A stretch of DNA of 64,000 nucleotides from Kiritimatiellia bacterium (lineage in GTDB: Bacteria > Verrucomicrobiota > Kiritimatiellia > JAAZAB01): the NCBI GenBank assembly GCA_040767085.1, contig JAXGPF010000014.1:32001-96000 (forward strand), read 5' to 3'. The position numbers and the translations under genes were made by a program. The number at the start of each line of letters is the position of its first letter. Within the stretch, counting starts at the first letter, position 1. Of this stretch, positions 39,939 through 50,865 are shown in pieces. The notes under the pieces are model-generated. The model did not search any database, was not told where the DNA came from, and saw only the letters and a program-made list of their open reading frames with translations.

Positions 39939-41125
39939 CCGCGGCGCCGCGCAACCTGGTGATTCTGGGCAGCACCGGCTCGATCGGCCGGAGCGCGTTG
40001 CGTGTGGTGCAGGCCTTGCCGGAACAATTCCGGGTGCTGGGTCTGGCGGTGCATCGCCAGGAGGAGGAAGCGCTGCGGCAGGCGCGGGAATTCCGCGTGC
40101 CTCTGGTTGCCGTGGCCGACCCCGCGGCGGCGCGCCGCGCGGCGGCGGCCGCCGGCGGCGTCAAGGTGCTGTCCGGCCCGGAAGGCTTGCTGGAACTGGT
40201 GGCCCAGCCGGGGACGGACATGGTCCTCGCGGCCATTGTCGGCATGGCGGGCTTGCCGCCGGTGCTGCGCGCGCTGGAACTGGGCGTGGATGTGGCGCTG
40301 GCCACCAAGGAAACCCTGGTGGTGGCCGGGGCGCAGGTCATGGCGGCGCGCCGGCGGAGCGGCGCGCGGCTGCTGCCGGTGGACAGCGAGCATAGCGCCA
40401 TCTTCCAATGCCTGGAAGGGCGCCCGGCGGACCATGTGCGCAAACTGATCCTGACAGCCTCCGGCGGGCCGTTCGCGGGCCAGCCGGACCTGGACTGGAA
40501 CACAGTCACCGTGGCCGCCGCGCTGCGGCATCCGCGCTGGAATATGGGCCGCAAAGTCAGCGTGGATTCCGCCACGATGATGAACAAGGGATTGGAAATC
40601 ATGGAGGCCCGCTGGCTGTTCGGCGTGGACTTGGACCGCATCGAAGTCATGCTGCATCCGGAAAGCATTGTACATTCCATGGTGGAGTTGACGGATGGCA
40701 GCCTGCTGGCACAGCTCAGCGTTTCCGATATGCGCTTTGCCATCCAGTATGCCTTGACCTGGCCGCAGCGCCTGGACGGGCAGTTGCCGCCGCTGGACCT
40801 GGCCCGGCTGGGCGCCCTGCATTTCAGCCTGCCGGATGCGCAGCGCTTCCCCTGCCTGGCGCTGGCCCGCGCCGCCGCCTGCGCCGGCGGCACCATGCCG
40901 GCGGTGTTGAACGCCGCCAATGAAGTGGCGGTCGAGGCGTTCCTGGCGGGCCGCCTGCCTTTCGCCGGCATCTGGCGCGTGGTGGAGCAGACCATGGCGG
41001 CGCATCGTATGCAGCCGAACCCGAACCTGCCGGACATCATGGAGGCGGACCGCTGGGCCCGCGGTGCGGCGCGGGAGCGGGCGGGGCATGGAACGCCGGC
41101 CGGAAAGTCAGACGGCGGCAAGTGA
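39935..41125 (+). CDS. dxr: 1-deoxy-D-xylulose-5-phosphate reductoisomerase
   Basis: ILGSTGSIG, LPVDSEHSAIFQC, HPRWNMGRKVSVDSATMMNKGLE, NAANEVAV. Confidence 0.97.
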   Translation: MTAAPRNLVILGSTGSIGRSALRVVQALPEQFRVLGLAVHRQEEEALRQAREFRVPLVAVADPAAARRAAAAAGGVKVLSGPEGLLELVAQPGTDMVLAAIVGMAGLPPVLRALELGVDVALATKETLVVAGAQVMAARRRSGARLLPVDSEHSAIFQCLEGRPADHVRKLILTASGGPFAGQPDLDWNTVTVAAALRHPRWNMGRKVSVDSATMMNKGLEIMEARWLFGVDLDRIEVMLHPESIVHSMVELTDGSLLAQLSVSDMRFAIQYALTWPQRLDGQLPPLDLARLGALHFSLPDAQRFPCLALARAAACAGGTMPAVLNAANEVAVEAFLAGRLPFAGIWRVVEQTMAAHRMQPNPNLPDIMEADRWARGAARERAGHGTPAGKSDGGK

Positions 41126-41183
41126 ATGTTAAAAAGAAATAATACAAACCGGCCCGCAGTCCGGCCGGGAATGGAGCGGCTCG

Positions 41184-42611
41184 ATGATCGGTTATGCCTT
41201 GTACGTGATTGCGGCGGTCGTGGTGTTGTTTGGCGCCACGATTTTTGCCCATGAATTAGGCCACTTCATCGCCGCGCGCCTGTGCGGCATGGTGGTGGAA
41301 GTTTTTTCCATCGGGTTTGGCCCGGCGCTATGGCGGCGCAAAATCCGCGGCATCTGGTACAAAATCGGCGCGCTGCCGCTGGGCGGCTACGTGGCTTTGC
41401 CGCAAATGGACCCGTCGGACGGCGCCTCCCCCGAGCAAGCCGACGCCGCCGCGCTGAAGGACAAGGATGCCGGGGAACCGCCGGCGCCCATGCCGCCGAC
41501 CACGCCGCCGCGTAAGATCATCGTTTCGCTGGCCGGCGGCGCGGGCAACATTGTGCTGGCTTTTCTGCTGGCATGGGCGGTGTACCTGATGGGCAAGCCT
41601 TCCATGCCGGCCGAGCGGTGCGCGGTGATCGGTTTTGTCGAATCCAACAGCGTGGCTTACGCCGCCGGGCTTCGGCCCGGCGACGAAATCCTGAGCGTCA
41701 ACGGCCGGCCGGTGGCCAACTGGCAGGATGTGCTCCAGGAAAATGCCATGGGCGACGCGGCGCAGATGGAAGTCCGGACGCCCACCGGCAACTTGAGCGT
41801 CGCCTTGCCCACCGAGCGCAGCATGCTGGGCTTCCGCATCGTGCCGGGCTTGCGCGAAATCAGCCTCTGCCGGGTGATGGCCGTGGAGCCGGAGTCCAGC
41901 GCCGCGCAGGCGGGCTTGCGTTCGGGCGACCTGATTGTCGGGTTCGACGGCGAGCGTGTCTTGAGCGTCGAACACCTGGTCACCCTGGTGGCGGCGCGGG
42001 CCGGCATGCCGGCCGCCCTGGCGGTGGAACGCGACGGCGCGCCCGTGGCCATGGAAGTTACGCCGCGGCTTGACCCGGAACTGGGCCGGGCGCGGATCGG
42101 CATCCGGTTCGACCCGATGGCGGTGGAATATGACAAGGTTGTGCATATCCCGCCGCTGACGCAGTTGCGCGCGCATGCCACCGGCATTTTCCGGATTTTG
42201 CGCCGGCTGGTTACTCCGCGCGAAGCGCGCGGCACGGCGGAGGGGCTGGGCGGGCCGCTGATGATCATCTACATGTTTCAGGACATGGTGCGCAAGGGGT
42301 TGGTCGTGGCCCTGTGGTTCACCTGTTTCCTGAATGTCAATCTGGCCATCCTGAACCTGTTGCCGCTGCCGGTGCTGGATGGCGGCCATGTCATGTTCGC
42401 CCTGCTGGAATGGGTGCGCGGCCGGCCGCTTTCCGCCCGCGCCCTCGGCTGGATCAGCCAGGTGTTTTTCTTCCTGTTCATCGCCTTGTTTGTCCTGCTG
42501 ACCTGGCGCGATGTGCAGCGCGTGTACCGCATTTCCCGCCTGTTCCACCCGCCCGCGGCGGAGCCGGCGCCCGCCAATGCGCCGGCGGCCGCGCCGGATG
42601 AAACACCCTGA
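41184..42611 (+). CDS. rseP: Site-2 intramembrane metalloprotease RseP with two PDZ domains
   Basis: HELGHF, FSIGFGP, PLGGYV, two AGL..GD PDZ motifs, NLLPLPVLDGGH. Confidence 0.95.
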   Translation: MIGYALYVIAAVVVLFGATIFAHELGHFIAARLCGMVVEVFSIGFGPALWRRKIRGIWYKIGALPLGGYVALPQMDPSDGASPEQADAAALKDKDAGEPPAPMPPTTPPRKIIVSLAGGAGNIVLAFLLAWAVYLMGKPSMPAERCAVIGFVESNSVAYAAGLRPGDEILSVNGRPVANWQDVLQENAMGDAAQMEVRTPTGNLSVALPTERSMLGFRIVPGLREISLCRVMAVEPESSAAQAGLRSGDLIVGFDGERVLSVEHLVTLVAARAGMPAALAVERDGAPVAMEVTPRLDPELGRARIGIRFDPMAVEYDKVVHIPPLTQLRAHATGIFRILRRLVTPREARGTAEGLGGPLMIIYMFQDMVRKGLVVALWFTCFLNVNLAILNLLPLPVLDGGHVMFALLEWVRGRPLSARALGWISQVFFFLFIALFVLLTWRDVQRVYRISRLFHPPAAEPAPANAPAAAPDETP

Positions 42612-42627
42612 AACAGGCGTTAGCACC

Positions 42628-43737
42628 ATGGCCGATCGCGATGCAATCCTCAAACCGCGGCGCCTTACCCGGCAGGTCCGGGTCGGCCGGGTGGCGGTCG
42701 GCGGCGATGCTCCGGTTTCCGTGCAGAGCATGACCAAGACGGACACCCGCGACGTTCCCGCCACCATCGCCCAGATCCGCGAGTTGGCGGCCGCCGGCTG
42801 CGACATTGTCCGCCTGGCCGTGCCGGACGAGGCGGCGGCCCGCGCGCTCGCGCAAATCCGCCCGGCCGTGAATGTGCCGCTGGTGGCGGATATCCATTTT
42901 GACCATCGGCTGGCGCTGCTGGCCTTGCAGGCCGGCATGGACGGTCTGCGGATCAATCCGGGCAATATCGGCGCGGTCAGCCGGGTGCGGGAAGTGGTGC
43001 GCGCCGCCGCCGAGCGCCGGGTCCCCATCCGCATCGGCGTCAATGCCGGCTCGCTGGACAAGGATGTTTTGGCCCGGCATGGCGCGGCCACCGCCGCGGC
43101 GCTGGTCGAAAGCGCCCTGCGCCATGTGCGTATCCTGGAAGACCTGGACTACCGCGAAATCAAGATTTCCGTCAAGGCCTCGGACGTGGCGCGCACGGTG
43201 CAGGCTTACCGCCAATTGGCGGAGCAGACGGATTATCCCCTGCATCTTGGCCTGACGGAAGCCGGCACGCTGCTGCCCGGCGCCGTGCGCTCCAGCGTGG
43301 CGCTGGGTCTGCTGCTGGCCGATGGCATCGGCGATACCATCCGCGTGTCGCTCTCCGAGCCGCCGGCCGCGGAAGTGCGCGCCGGGCTGGCGCTCCTGCG
43401 CAGCCTGGCCTTGCGGCCGCCGGGGCCGATGGTGATTGCCTGCCCCACCTGCGGCCGGGTGGAGATTGACGCCTCCGCCCTGGCCCACGCGGTGGAAGCC
43501 GCGCTGGAAAAACTGGCGGCGGAGTTCCCCAAGGCCGCCTGGCCCACCGTGGCCGTGATGGGGTGCATGGTCAACGGTCCCGGCGAAGCGCGGGACGCCG
43601 ATATCGCGGTCGCCGGCGGCAAGGGCCGGGCCGCGTTGTATGTCGCCGGCCGGCACATCGCCACGGTGCCGGAAGCGCAAATTCTGCCGGCGCTGCTGGC
43701 GCAGGTGCGGGCCTTCCTGGGCCGGCCGGCGGACTGA
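42628..43737 (+). CDS. ispG: (E)-4-hydroxy-3-methylbut-2-enyl-diphosphate synthase
   Basis: VSVQSMT, ADIHF, RINPGN, RIGVNAGSL, GIGDTIRVSL, CPTCGR, MGCMVNGPGEA. Confidence 0.97.
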   Translation: MADRDAILKPRRLTRQVRVGRVAVGGDAPVSVQSMTKTDTRDVPATIAQIRELAAAGCDIVRLAVPDEAAARALAQIRPAVNVPLVADIHFDHRLALLALQAGMDGLRINPGNIGAVSRVREVVRAAAERRVPIRIGVNAGSLDKDVLARHGAATAAALVESALRHVRILEDLDYREIKISVKASDVARTVQAYRQLAEQTDYPLHLGLTEAGTLLPGAVRSSVALGLLLADGIGDTIRVSLSEPPAAEVRAGLALLRSLALRPPGPMVIACPTCGRVEIDASALAHAVEAALEKLAAEFPKAAWPTVAVMGCMVNGPGEARDADIAVAGGKGRAALYVAGRHIATVPEAQILPALLAQVRAFLGRPAD

Positions 43738-43762
43738 CTTGTGTTTTTACGCGCCGCGGGCT

Positions 43763-46700
43763 CTACCCGCCGTCCAGGATTTCCCGCAGCTTGCGGGCAA
43801 GTTCATCGCGGGTGATCGGCTTGCTGAGGAAGTGCACGCCCTGTTCGAGAATGCCGCGGTGGGCGATGACGTCGGCGGTGTAGCCGGACATGTAAAGCAC
43901 CTTCAGCGCCGGGTACTCCCGCGTCAGGTGTTGGGCCAGCTCGCGGCCGCTCATGCCGGGCATGACCACGTCCGTCAAAAGCAGGTCAATTCCGCCCGCG
44001 GCATCGGCTGCCATGCGCTGCGCCGCCTCCGGCGATTCCGCCGCCAGCACGGTATAACCGAGGCGTTGCAGGCCCCGGCTTAACGTGACGCGCAGCGGTT
44101 TTTCATCCTCGACCAGCAGGATGGTCTCGGTCCCGCCGCGGCGCGCGGCAGGTAGATGCGGAAAGTCGCGCCTTTGCCCACCGCGCTGTCCACGCAGATG
44201 AAGCCCTCGTTCTGCTTGACGATCCCGTAAACCGTGGCCAGTCCGAGCCCTGTGCCATGGCCGAGCTCCTTGGTGGTGAAGAACGGATCGAAGATGTTGT
44301 CGCGGACTTCCGGGGCGATGCCGCAGCCATTGTCGCTGACCGCCAGCATGACGTACTGGCCCGGCCGCGCGTCAGGTTGCTGCGCGCAGCATGCGGCTTC
44401 AATGGCCGTGTTTTCGGTCTCGATGGTAACCTTGCCGGCCCCTGCGATGGCGTCGCGCGCGTTAACGCAGAGGTTGGCGAGCATCTGGTCCACCTGGCTG
44501 GGATCTATTTTGACGGGCCACAGCTTCGCGCCGGGCTCCCAGGCCAGATCAATGTCCTCGCCGATCAGCCGGCGCAGCATCTTCAGTATATTGGCTACCG
44601 CATCGTTGAGATCGAGAATTTTCGGAGCGATGGTCTGCCGGCGGGCGAAGGCCAGCAGTTGCCGCGTCAGGTCAGCCGAGCGCTCGGCTTCACGCGTGAT
44701 CTCGTCCAGCCATGGGCGGATCGGATGGTTTTCGCCGACTTCCTCGCGGCACATCTCGGCATACCCCATGATCCCCATGAGCAGGTTGTTGAAATCGTGC
44801 GCCACGCCGCCGGCCAGTCGGCCCACGGATTCGATCTTCTGTGACTGGCGCAATTGCGCTTCGAGCGAGTCGCGTTCCGTGACGTCCTGCACGAATCCGA
44901 GAAAGCGTTCCCCGCTCAGCGCCACCGCCAGCACATGCCACCGCCGGCGCGCGCCATCCTTCCGGACGTAATTTAACTCGCCCGCGCTGCGTCCGGATTC
45001 GAGGACGGCCTGGAAATGCCGCGCGCCCTTCTCGCGATCCTCCGGGGCGAGCGAATCGGCAATGTGCATGGCCAGCAATTCTTCCCGGGAGTAGCCGGTG
45101 ATGGCGGAGGCGGCAGGATTGACATCGACATAGCGTCCGGCCCGGTCGGTAATGAAGATGCCGTAGGGCGCATGCTCGACATACGACCGGAACCTGGTTT
45201 CCTCCTCGCGCCGGCGCTGCGCGGTCTCCAGGGCGTGCAGCGCGTAGGCGACGTCGCCGACCAACTCGCGGAACAGCGACTGTTCCTCCGGGTCGTCGGC
45301 CAGGCCGGCTGGCAAGGCGACGACGAGGGCGCCGAACTCGCGATCGCCGTGGCGCAGAGCGCCGGCGAGAGCCGCTGTGTCGCGATACGTGCTGAACAGA
45401 GGGCAGGTCGGGCAGTCGGTTGCGGAATTGAGCACGACAGCGATGCCATCCGGACTTTGCGTGGCTCGCCGGCAACATGCGGGCCAGACGCCGCGTTCAA
45501 TTTCCTGGCGCACCGCTTCAAACTCGTCGCCGATGCCGCTTTGAGCCAAAACCGCCATCCGCCCGTCTGCTTCGCGCAGCGCGACCCAGGCGCTGAGGTA
45601 GCCGCGCGTCGAGATGAGGGTTTCGCACGCGCGTTGCAGGAGCGCGTCGCGGTTGTCTTCGTGGGTGATGAGATGGTTCACATCGCGGATGGCGCGCAGC
45701 ACCCGGTTCAAATGCATAACGTGCGCTTCATGCCGTTTGCGGTCGCTGATATCGCGCGCGACACCCTGCAGATGCAAGGGCGCGCCCGTCTGGTCAAACA
45801 CCGCCTTGGAATGAATCTCCACCGCAACCGGGCCGCCGTCTTTGCGGCGCATCTCGGTCTCGAAAACCAGGCCCTGTTTTGCCGGGCCCCGGGCAAGCTC
45901 CTGCCGGATGATCTGCGCCAGCCGGGCAAAATGCGCCTGATCGCAGTGGTCGGACAGGCGCGATCCGATCCATTCCCGCGGGGTGTACCCCGTGAACTGC
46001 TCGATGGCGGGATTGACGTAGGTGAACTCCAGATCGAGACTCATCGTCCAAATCACGTCCAGCGTATTGTCAGCCAGCAGCCGGTAGCGTTGTTCGCTGG
46101 CGCGGATGGCTTCTTCCTGCGCCTTGCGCTCGGTGACATCCCAGACGATGGAGATCATGCGGTCGGAGCCCGGCACGGGCGTGTTCCGCGCGGTAATGTA
46201 ACGCGTTGCTTCGCCCGCCCTGGCGATGGGCACATCCGGCCAGTACATTCGTTCCGGATCGCCGCTGGCGCAGTCCGCCTCCACGCGCGCGCGGAGGCGT
46301 TGCCGGAGTTCCGGGTCCGGATAGACTTCGCGCCAGAACGCCCCGACCGACGAGAGCGCCGCGCGCGTCGTGCGGTAGAAATGCGGGAAAAGGTCGTTCA
46401 TGTACTCCAGGGGCGCCGCATCATCCCGCGCATTGACGGCCACCCCGACGGGCAAGTTGTCCAGGACGTTGCGGAAGAAGGCCCGCTCTTCGCGCAGTTC
46501 GCGCGTTTTAACCGCCACTTGCCGGCCCAGAATCCACGACCAGAGCAGCGCCAGCAGGACGATCAGGATCAACGGCCCGGCAACCAGGGCGACGATCCTC
46601 AGCAGGTCGCTCCACACGAAATGCTCTTCGTAGACCCCCATCCATTTCTCGTGCAGACGCCGATATTCGCCGGAGTCCTTGAGCAGGCGCAGGCCTTCGG

Positions 46701-48117
46701 TGAATTCGGCCAGCAGGGCCTCCTGGCCTTTGGGCACGGCATAGCCGTACTGACCGGAGTAGAAGGCCCGATCGCCGAGCACGATATTCGTCCAGCCATG
46801 CTTGCGGATGGCGTAGAGGGCGCCATAACGCGTGGCGAGGCCGCAATCATGCCGGCCTTCCGCCACCGCGCGGACCACGTCCTCCTGCGTGGCGACCGTG
46901 CTGACGCGCGTCTCGATGCCGCGTTCCGCCAGCTCGTCGAGGATGGCATCCTCGGCCTGAACCACGATGTCGCGCCCCGCCAGCTCTTCGATGGCGGCCG
47001 GCGGAGCACCTGAGCCGCGGCGCACCATGCTGACACAGTGGAGCACCAGGTAGCGGGGCGAGAAATCGAAGAGGCGGTCCCTTTCGGACGAATAAAACAT
47101 CCCCTGGATGGCATCAATCCGGCCCTCGCGCAGCGACGCCACCGTGTCCTCCCAGGGAGCGAGCCGGATTTGCACATCCATGCCCATTTCGCGGGCGATG
47201 GCGCGGGTCAGATCAACCGTGAAGCCGGCGGGGCGGCCCCGCTCATCGAGAAACTCGAAGGGCGGATATTGGTGGTCGCCGCCAATCACGATGGGGCGGC
47301 CCGACGGCAGTTCCAGATGCGCAAACCATTTTGCGTGCAGGCGGCGGTAGGTGCCGTCGGACATGCAGAGCGCCAGCCCCTCGTTGAGCAGCGCCAGCGT
47401 CGCGCGGTCGCCCTCCTGCACCGCGAAGCAGAAGTCCTGCGGGAATTCCAGTACCGGCTGTTCGACGATGCGCAGCCGGCCGGACAAGCCCGTTTCCGCG
47501 AGCAGGCGCATGGCCACAAGCCGCTGGATAAAAACCGCGTCGCACCCGCCGTCCGCGAGAATGCGCAGCGCGTCCGGGAAGGTGGGCGCCGGCCGAATCT
47601 CCAGGCCGCGATCCTTGCGCCGCAGGAATTCCTCGGCGTTGTCGCCTTGCATCACGCCGACGGTGCGCCCGCGCAGGTCGGCGAGGGTCTGGATGCCCGT
47701 CGTATCACGGCGCACGACGATGGCCCCGTGCATGGTCAGGTAGGGGACGGTGAAATCGAACAAAGGCTCGCGTTCCGGTGTGCGCCCGACCAGCGGCAGG
47801 CAATCGATCTCGCCGCGCTGGAGCCAGGCGCTGACTTCTGTCCAGGGGCCGGTGCGGAAACTGACTTCGCGCATCATCTTACCCAGCGCTGCGCGCATCA
47901 GCTCGACGGCGAAACCATCCGCGCGGCCGTCCTCGTGGACGATGCAGAAGGGCGGGTAATCCACCTCGCACCCCGAACGCAGCGGCGGGCCGGCCGCCTC
48001 CTGCGCGGCCCCCGCCGTCACCGACAGCCAGAGGGCGAGCACCGCCGCCAGGATGCGTCCCGGCCCGCCCGCCGGCGGATTATACAGCCCCGGAATATAT
48101 TTGGGAGCCTGCGCCAT
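43763..48117 (-). pseudogene. Hybrid sensor kinase (2 periplasmic binding domains, TM, PAS x3, GAF, HisKA, HATPase, REC); receiver domain out of frame
   Basis: DYPPF and QYPPFEF PBP domains; LAGGVAHDFNN; PFFTTK...GTGLGL. After IYLPR the REC (RGGTETILLVEDE...LLTDVVMPGMSG...KP) continues in another frame near 44135-44145. Confidence 0.85.
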
Positions 48118-48258
48118 ATGCTTGCCCAGGATTAGGCATCCCGCTTCCACATTGATTGATAAAAGTATAATGTTCCGGGTGTGTGCTGTCAATAGTAATC
48201 ATTTGGTTGTAGTTATGATTAACCGTCGCGGCCGCGCGGGATTTCACCCGCCGGCCGG

Positions 48259-49914
48259 TCAGCCGGTGAAATACAGGTACACGCTGATAATCAGCAGGAA
48301 GATCAGGACGGTGTTGATCACATCCCAGCGGTTCCAACTGCCGCGGATTTCACGGCGCCCGTCGCCCGTGACAGTGGCATAAGTCAAGCCGCTGATTTTT
48401 TCGCGCGCGGGCGCCGCGGTCAGCAGGCTGACGGCCGCCAGGATCAGGCAACTGGCCAGGAAGAGATACACGCAGAACACCAGGAAATTGATCCGGCCGT
48501 AATAGGCCAGGATGCCGGCCAGGCCGCCGGGAACGGCGTCCGCCGGCAGCATGCCGGCGTAAATCTGGCAGGCCAGCTTGCTCAAACCGAGCACAAATCC
48601 CGCGCCGAGCGCCGCCAGGGCGCCCTTGCCGTTCAGCCGGGGCCAGAAGACGCCGAGGAAGAACACCGCCGTCATCGGCGGCGCCAGGTAAGCCTGCACG
48701 CTTTGCAGGTATTCATAGAGCGCGCCGGAGACCAGCTTCATCACGGGAATCCAGGCCAGGCCCAACAGGACCACCACGCCGGTGGCGATCCGGCCGACGG
48801 CCACCAGTTCGCGTTCCGGTGCGCCGGGCTTGATTTTGCGGTAAATATCCACCGTAAACAGGGTGGAACAGGAATTGAACAGGGAGGAAAGCGAACTCAT
48901 CAGCGCTGCCAGCAAGCCGGCCACCACCAGGCCGCGCAATCCCGCCGGCAGCAATTGCTGCACCAGCGCGGGGTAGGCTTGGTCCGGCGAAGCCATGACC
49001 AGGAGGTTTTTGCGGGCGAGGGCGAAAGCGATCATGCCGGGCACGATGAAGATGAACACGGGCGTCAGCTTGAGGTAGGCCCCGAAGATCGTGCCGCGCC
49101 GCGCGCAACTCAGGTTGCGCGCGGCCAATGTCCGCTGGACGATGTATTGATCGGTGCACCAGTACCAGAGGCCGACAATCGGCGCGGCGAAGAGCATCCC
49201 GGGCCACGGGAACTCCGGGTCGCTGGCCGGCCGCCACAGGTTGAAGAAGGCGCTGCCGCATTGCGCGCGCAGCTCCGACCACCCGCCCAGGAGCCGCAGG
49301 CCGATGACCGTGATGCAGAGCGAACCGGCAATCAACACTATGGCCTGCAGGGCGTCGGTGTAAACCACCGCGCGCAAGCCGCCGAAGAGCGTGTAAATGC
49401 CGGTCAGCACCACCGTGGCCATGGCGCCGGTCCAGAAACTGTCCAGTCCGGCGAAGGTTAAATCCGGCATCAGCGTCCGGCAGACCATGCCGCCCGCGAA
49501 GACCGTTACGCTGACCTTGGTGAAGACATAGGAGACCAGGCTGACCAGCGACAGCATCCAGCGGCAGGCGGGGTTGTACCGGCGTTCCAGAAATTCCGGC
49601 ATGGTGAAGACGCGCGCGCGGTAATAGAAGGGGACCAGCACCCAGCCCAGCACCAGCAGGCACCAGGCATGGAGTTCGTAATGCGCCATGGCCACGCCGC
49701 TCTTGGCCCCGGCGCCGGCCAGCCCCACCAGGTGTTCCGAGCCGATGTTGGAGGCGAAGAGCGAGGCGCCCACCGCGAACCAGCCGATGTTGCGTCCGGC
49801 CAGAAAATAATCCTCCGAGGTCCGCTGCCGCCGCGCCGACCACCAGACCACCGCCGCCAACCCCGCAAAATACAATCCGACCACCAGCCAATCCAGACCA
49901 GACAAAGCATGCAT
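48259..49914 (-). CDS. Sodium:solute symporter (SSS/SGLT family)
   Basis: DYFLAGR, SLFASNIGSEHLVGLAG, TMPEFLERRY, WYWCTDQYIVQR. Confidence 0.95.
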   Translation of the reverse strand: MHALSGLDWLVVGLYFAGLAAVVWWSARRQRTSEDYFLAGRNIGWFAVGASLFASNIGSEHLVGLAGAGAKSGVAMAHYELHAWCLLVLGWVLVPFYYRARVFTMPEFLERRYNPACRWMLSLVSLVSYVFTKVSVTVFAGGMVCRTLMPDLTFAGLDSFWTGAMATVVLTGIYTLFGGLRAVVYTDALQAIVLIAGSLCITVIGLRLLGGWSELRAQCGSAFFNLWRPASDPEFPWPGMLFAAPIVGLWYWCTDQYIVQRTLAARNLSCARRGTIFGAYLKLTPVFIFIVPGMIAFALARKNLLVMASPDQAYPALVQQLLPAGLRGLVVAGLLAALMSSLSSLFNSCSTLFTVDIYRKIKPGAPERELVAVGRIATGVVVLLGLAWIPVMKLVSGALYEYLQSVQAYLAPPMTAVFFLGVFWPRLNGKGALAALGAGFVLGLSKLACQIYAGMLPADAVPGGLAGILAYYGRINFLVFCVYLFLASCLILAAVSLLTAAPAREKISGLTYATVTGDGRREIRGSWNRWDVINTVLIFLLIISVYLYFTG

Positions 49915-50037
49915 GAAAACCTCGCATTGCCGGAACGAAAGAAAAAAACCTTGCGCCGCGCCCGCGAACGATGATTAATCAATATCAGAAAACCGCGTCC
50001 GCTGCAAACGGAATGCAATGTGGAGCCGGCGCTGACT

Positions 50038-50865
50038 TCAATTTTCGCTTAAAACACCGGCTGGCCGGCGAAAAACGGAAGGATTTATTTTGTAAACCCG
50101 TTTAAACGTCCGTGAAAAGTGGTAGTGGTCGCAAAATCCCGCGGCGGCGGCAATTTCCTTGATGCCGGACGTTGAATAACGCAACATGATACTGGCGCGG
50201 TCCAGCCGCTTATGCAGACCGTATATATGCGGCGGTTGCCCCAGCAGCCGGTGAAAATAACGGCAAAACGCCGTTTTTTCCATGCCGATCTGCCGCGCCA
50301 GCGCGCTGTTGGGAAGATTAGTCCACCCCTGCGCTTCCCACCAGCGCAGCAGCAGGTTAAGGCGCGGCTCGATCTCCATCAAGTGCGACAGGTGTTGCGG
50401 CAAAGTCAGCAGTGCGTGCCAGCAGAGGGTCATGACGGCGGCTACGCGCCAGGGATCGTCCTGGCGGGGAGTGTTGCCGCTGGTTGGGTAATGCGGATAG
50501 TATTTCCGCATGATTGCGATTTGCCAGGATTGAACGGGAAACTGATGCACGCATGAGTGCAAGAGGGCATATGGCAACCCGGCGGTAAAGTGCGCGTGAA
50601 AATGCGCCGTCGGCGCCGCCAGATCGGAGGAAAGGATGGTGTTCGGAGCCACGAGCGTACAGGTGCCTGGCTCAATGGAATAACGCGCGGTCGCCGAATA
50701 TAAAAAAGCTCCCGGCCGATCGTTCCAATAGAGGCGCCAGAATCCCCCCCGGATATTTTGCGCGCGCCATTTGCTCAGAAGGCTGCGCTGCTCGCAATAC
50801 AGCAAATGCAGTTGCGGCGAATAGGTGAAATTAATCGGCGTTCTTGCCGGAGGAATATGTTTCAT
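50038..50865 (-). CDS. AraC family transcriptional regulator
   Basis: HTH IKEIAAAAGFCDHYHFSRTFK; shares FWRLYWN..PGAF with the AraC at 25749-26579. Confidence 0.88.
   Translation of the reverse strand: MKHIPPARTPINFTYSPQLHLLYCEQRSLLSKWRAQNIRGGFWRLYWNDRPGAFLYSATARYSIEPGTCTLVAPNTILSSDLAAPTAHFHAHFTAGLPYALLHSCVHQFPVQSWQIAIMRKYYPHYPTSGNTPRQDDPWRVAAVMTLCWHALLTLPQHLSHLMEIEPRLNLLLRWWEAQGWTNLPNSALARQIGMEKTAFCRYFHRLLGQPPHIYGLHKRLDRASIMLRYSTSGIKEIAAAAGFCDHYHFSRTFKRVYKINPSVFRRPAGVLSEN

Noticed and set aside
39784-43680. Long opposite-strand ORFs (445, 587 and 400 aa) over dxr/rseP/ispG, and the 665-aa one over the kinase
   Set aside because: Typical high-GC shadow ORFs opposite well-supported genes.
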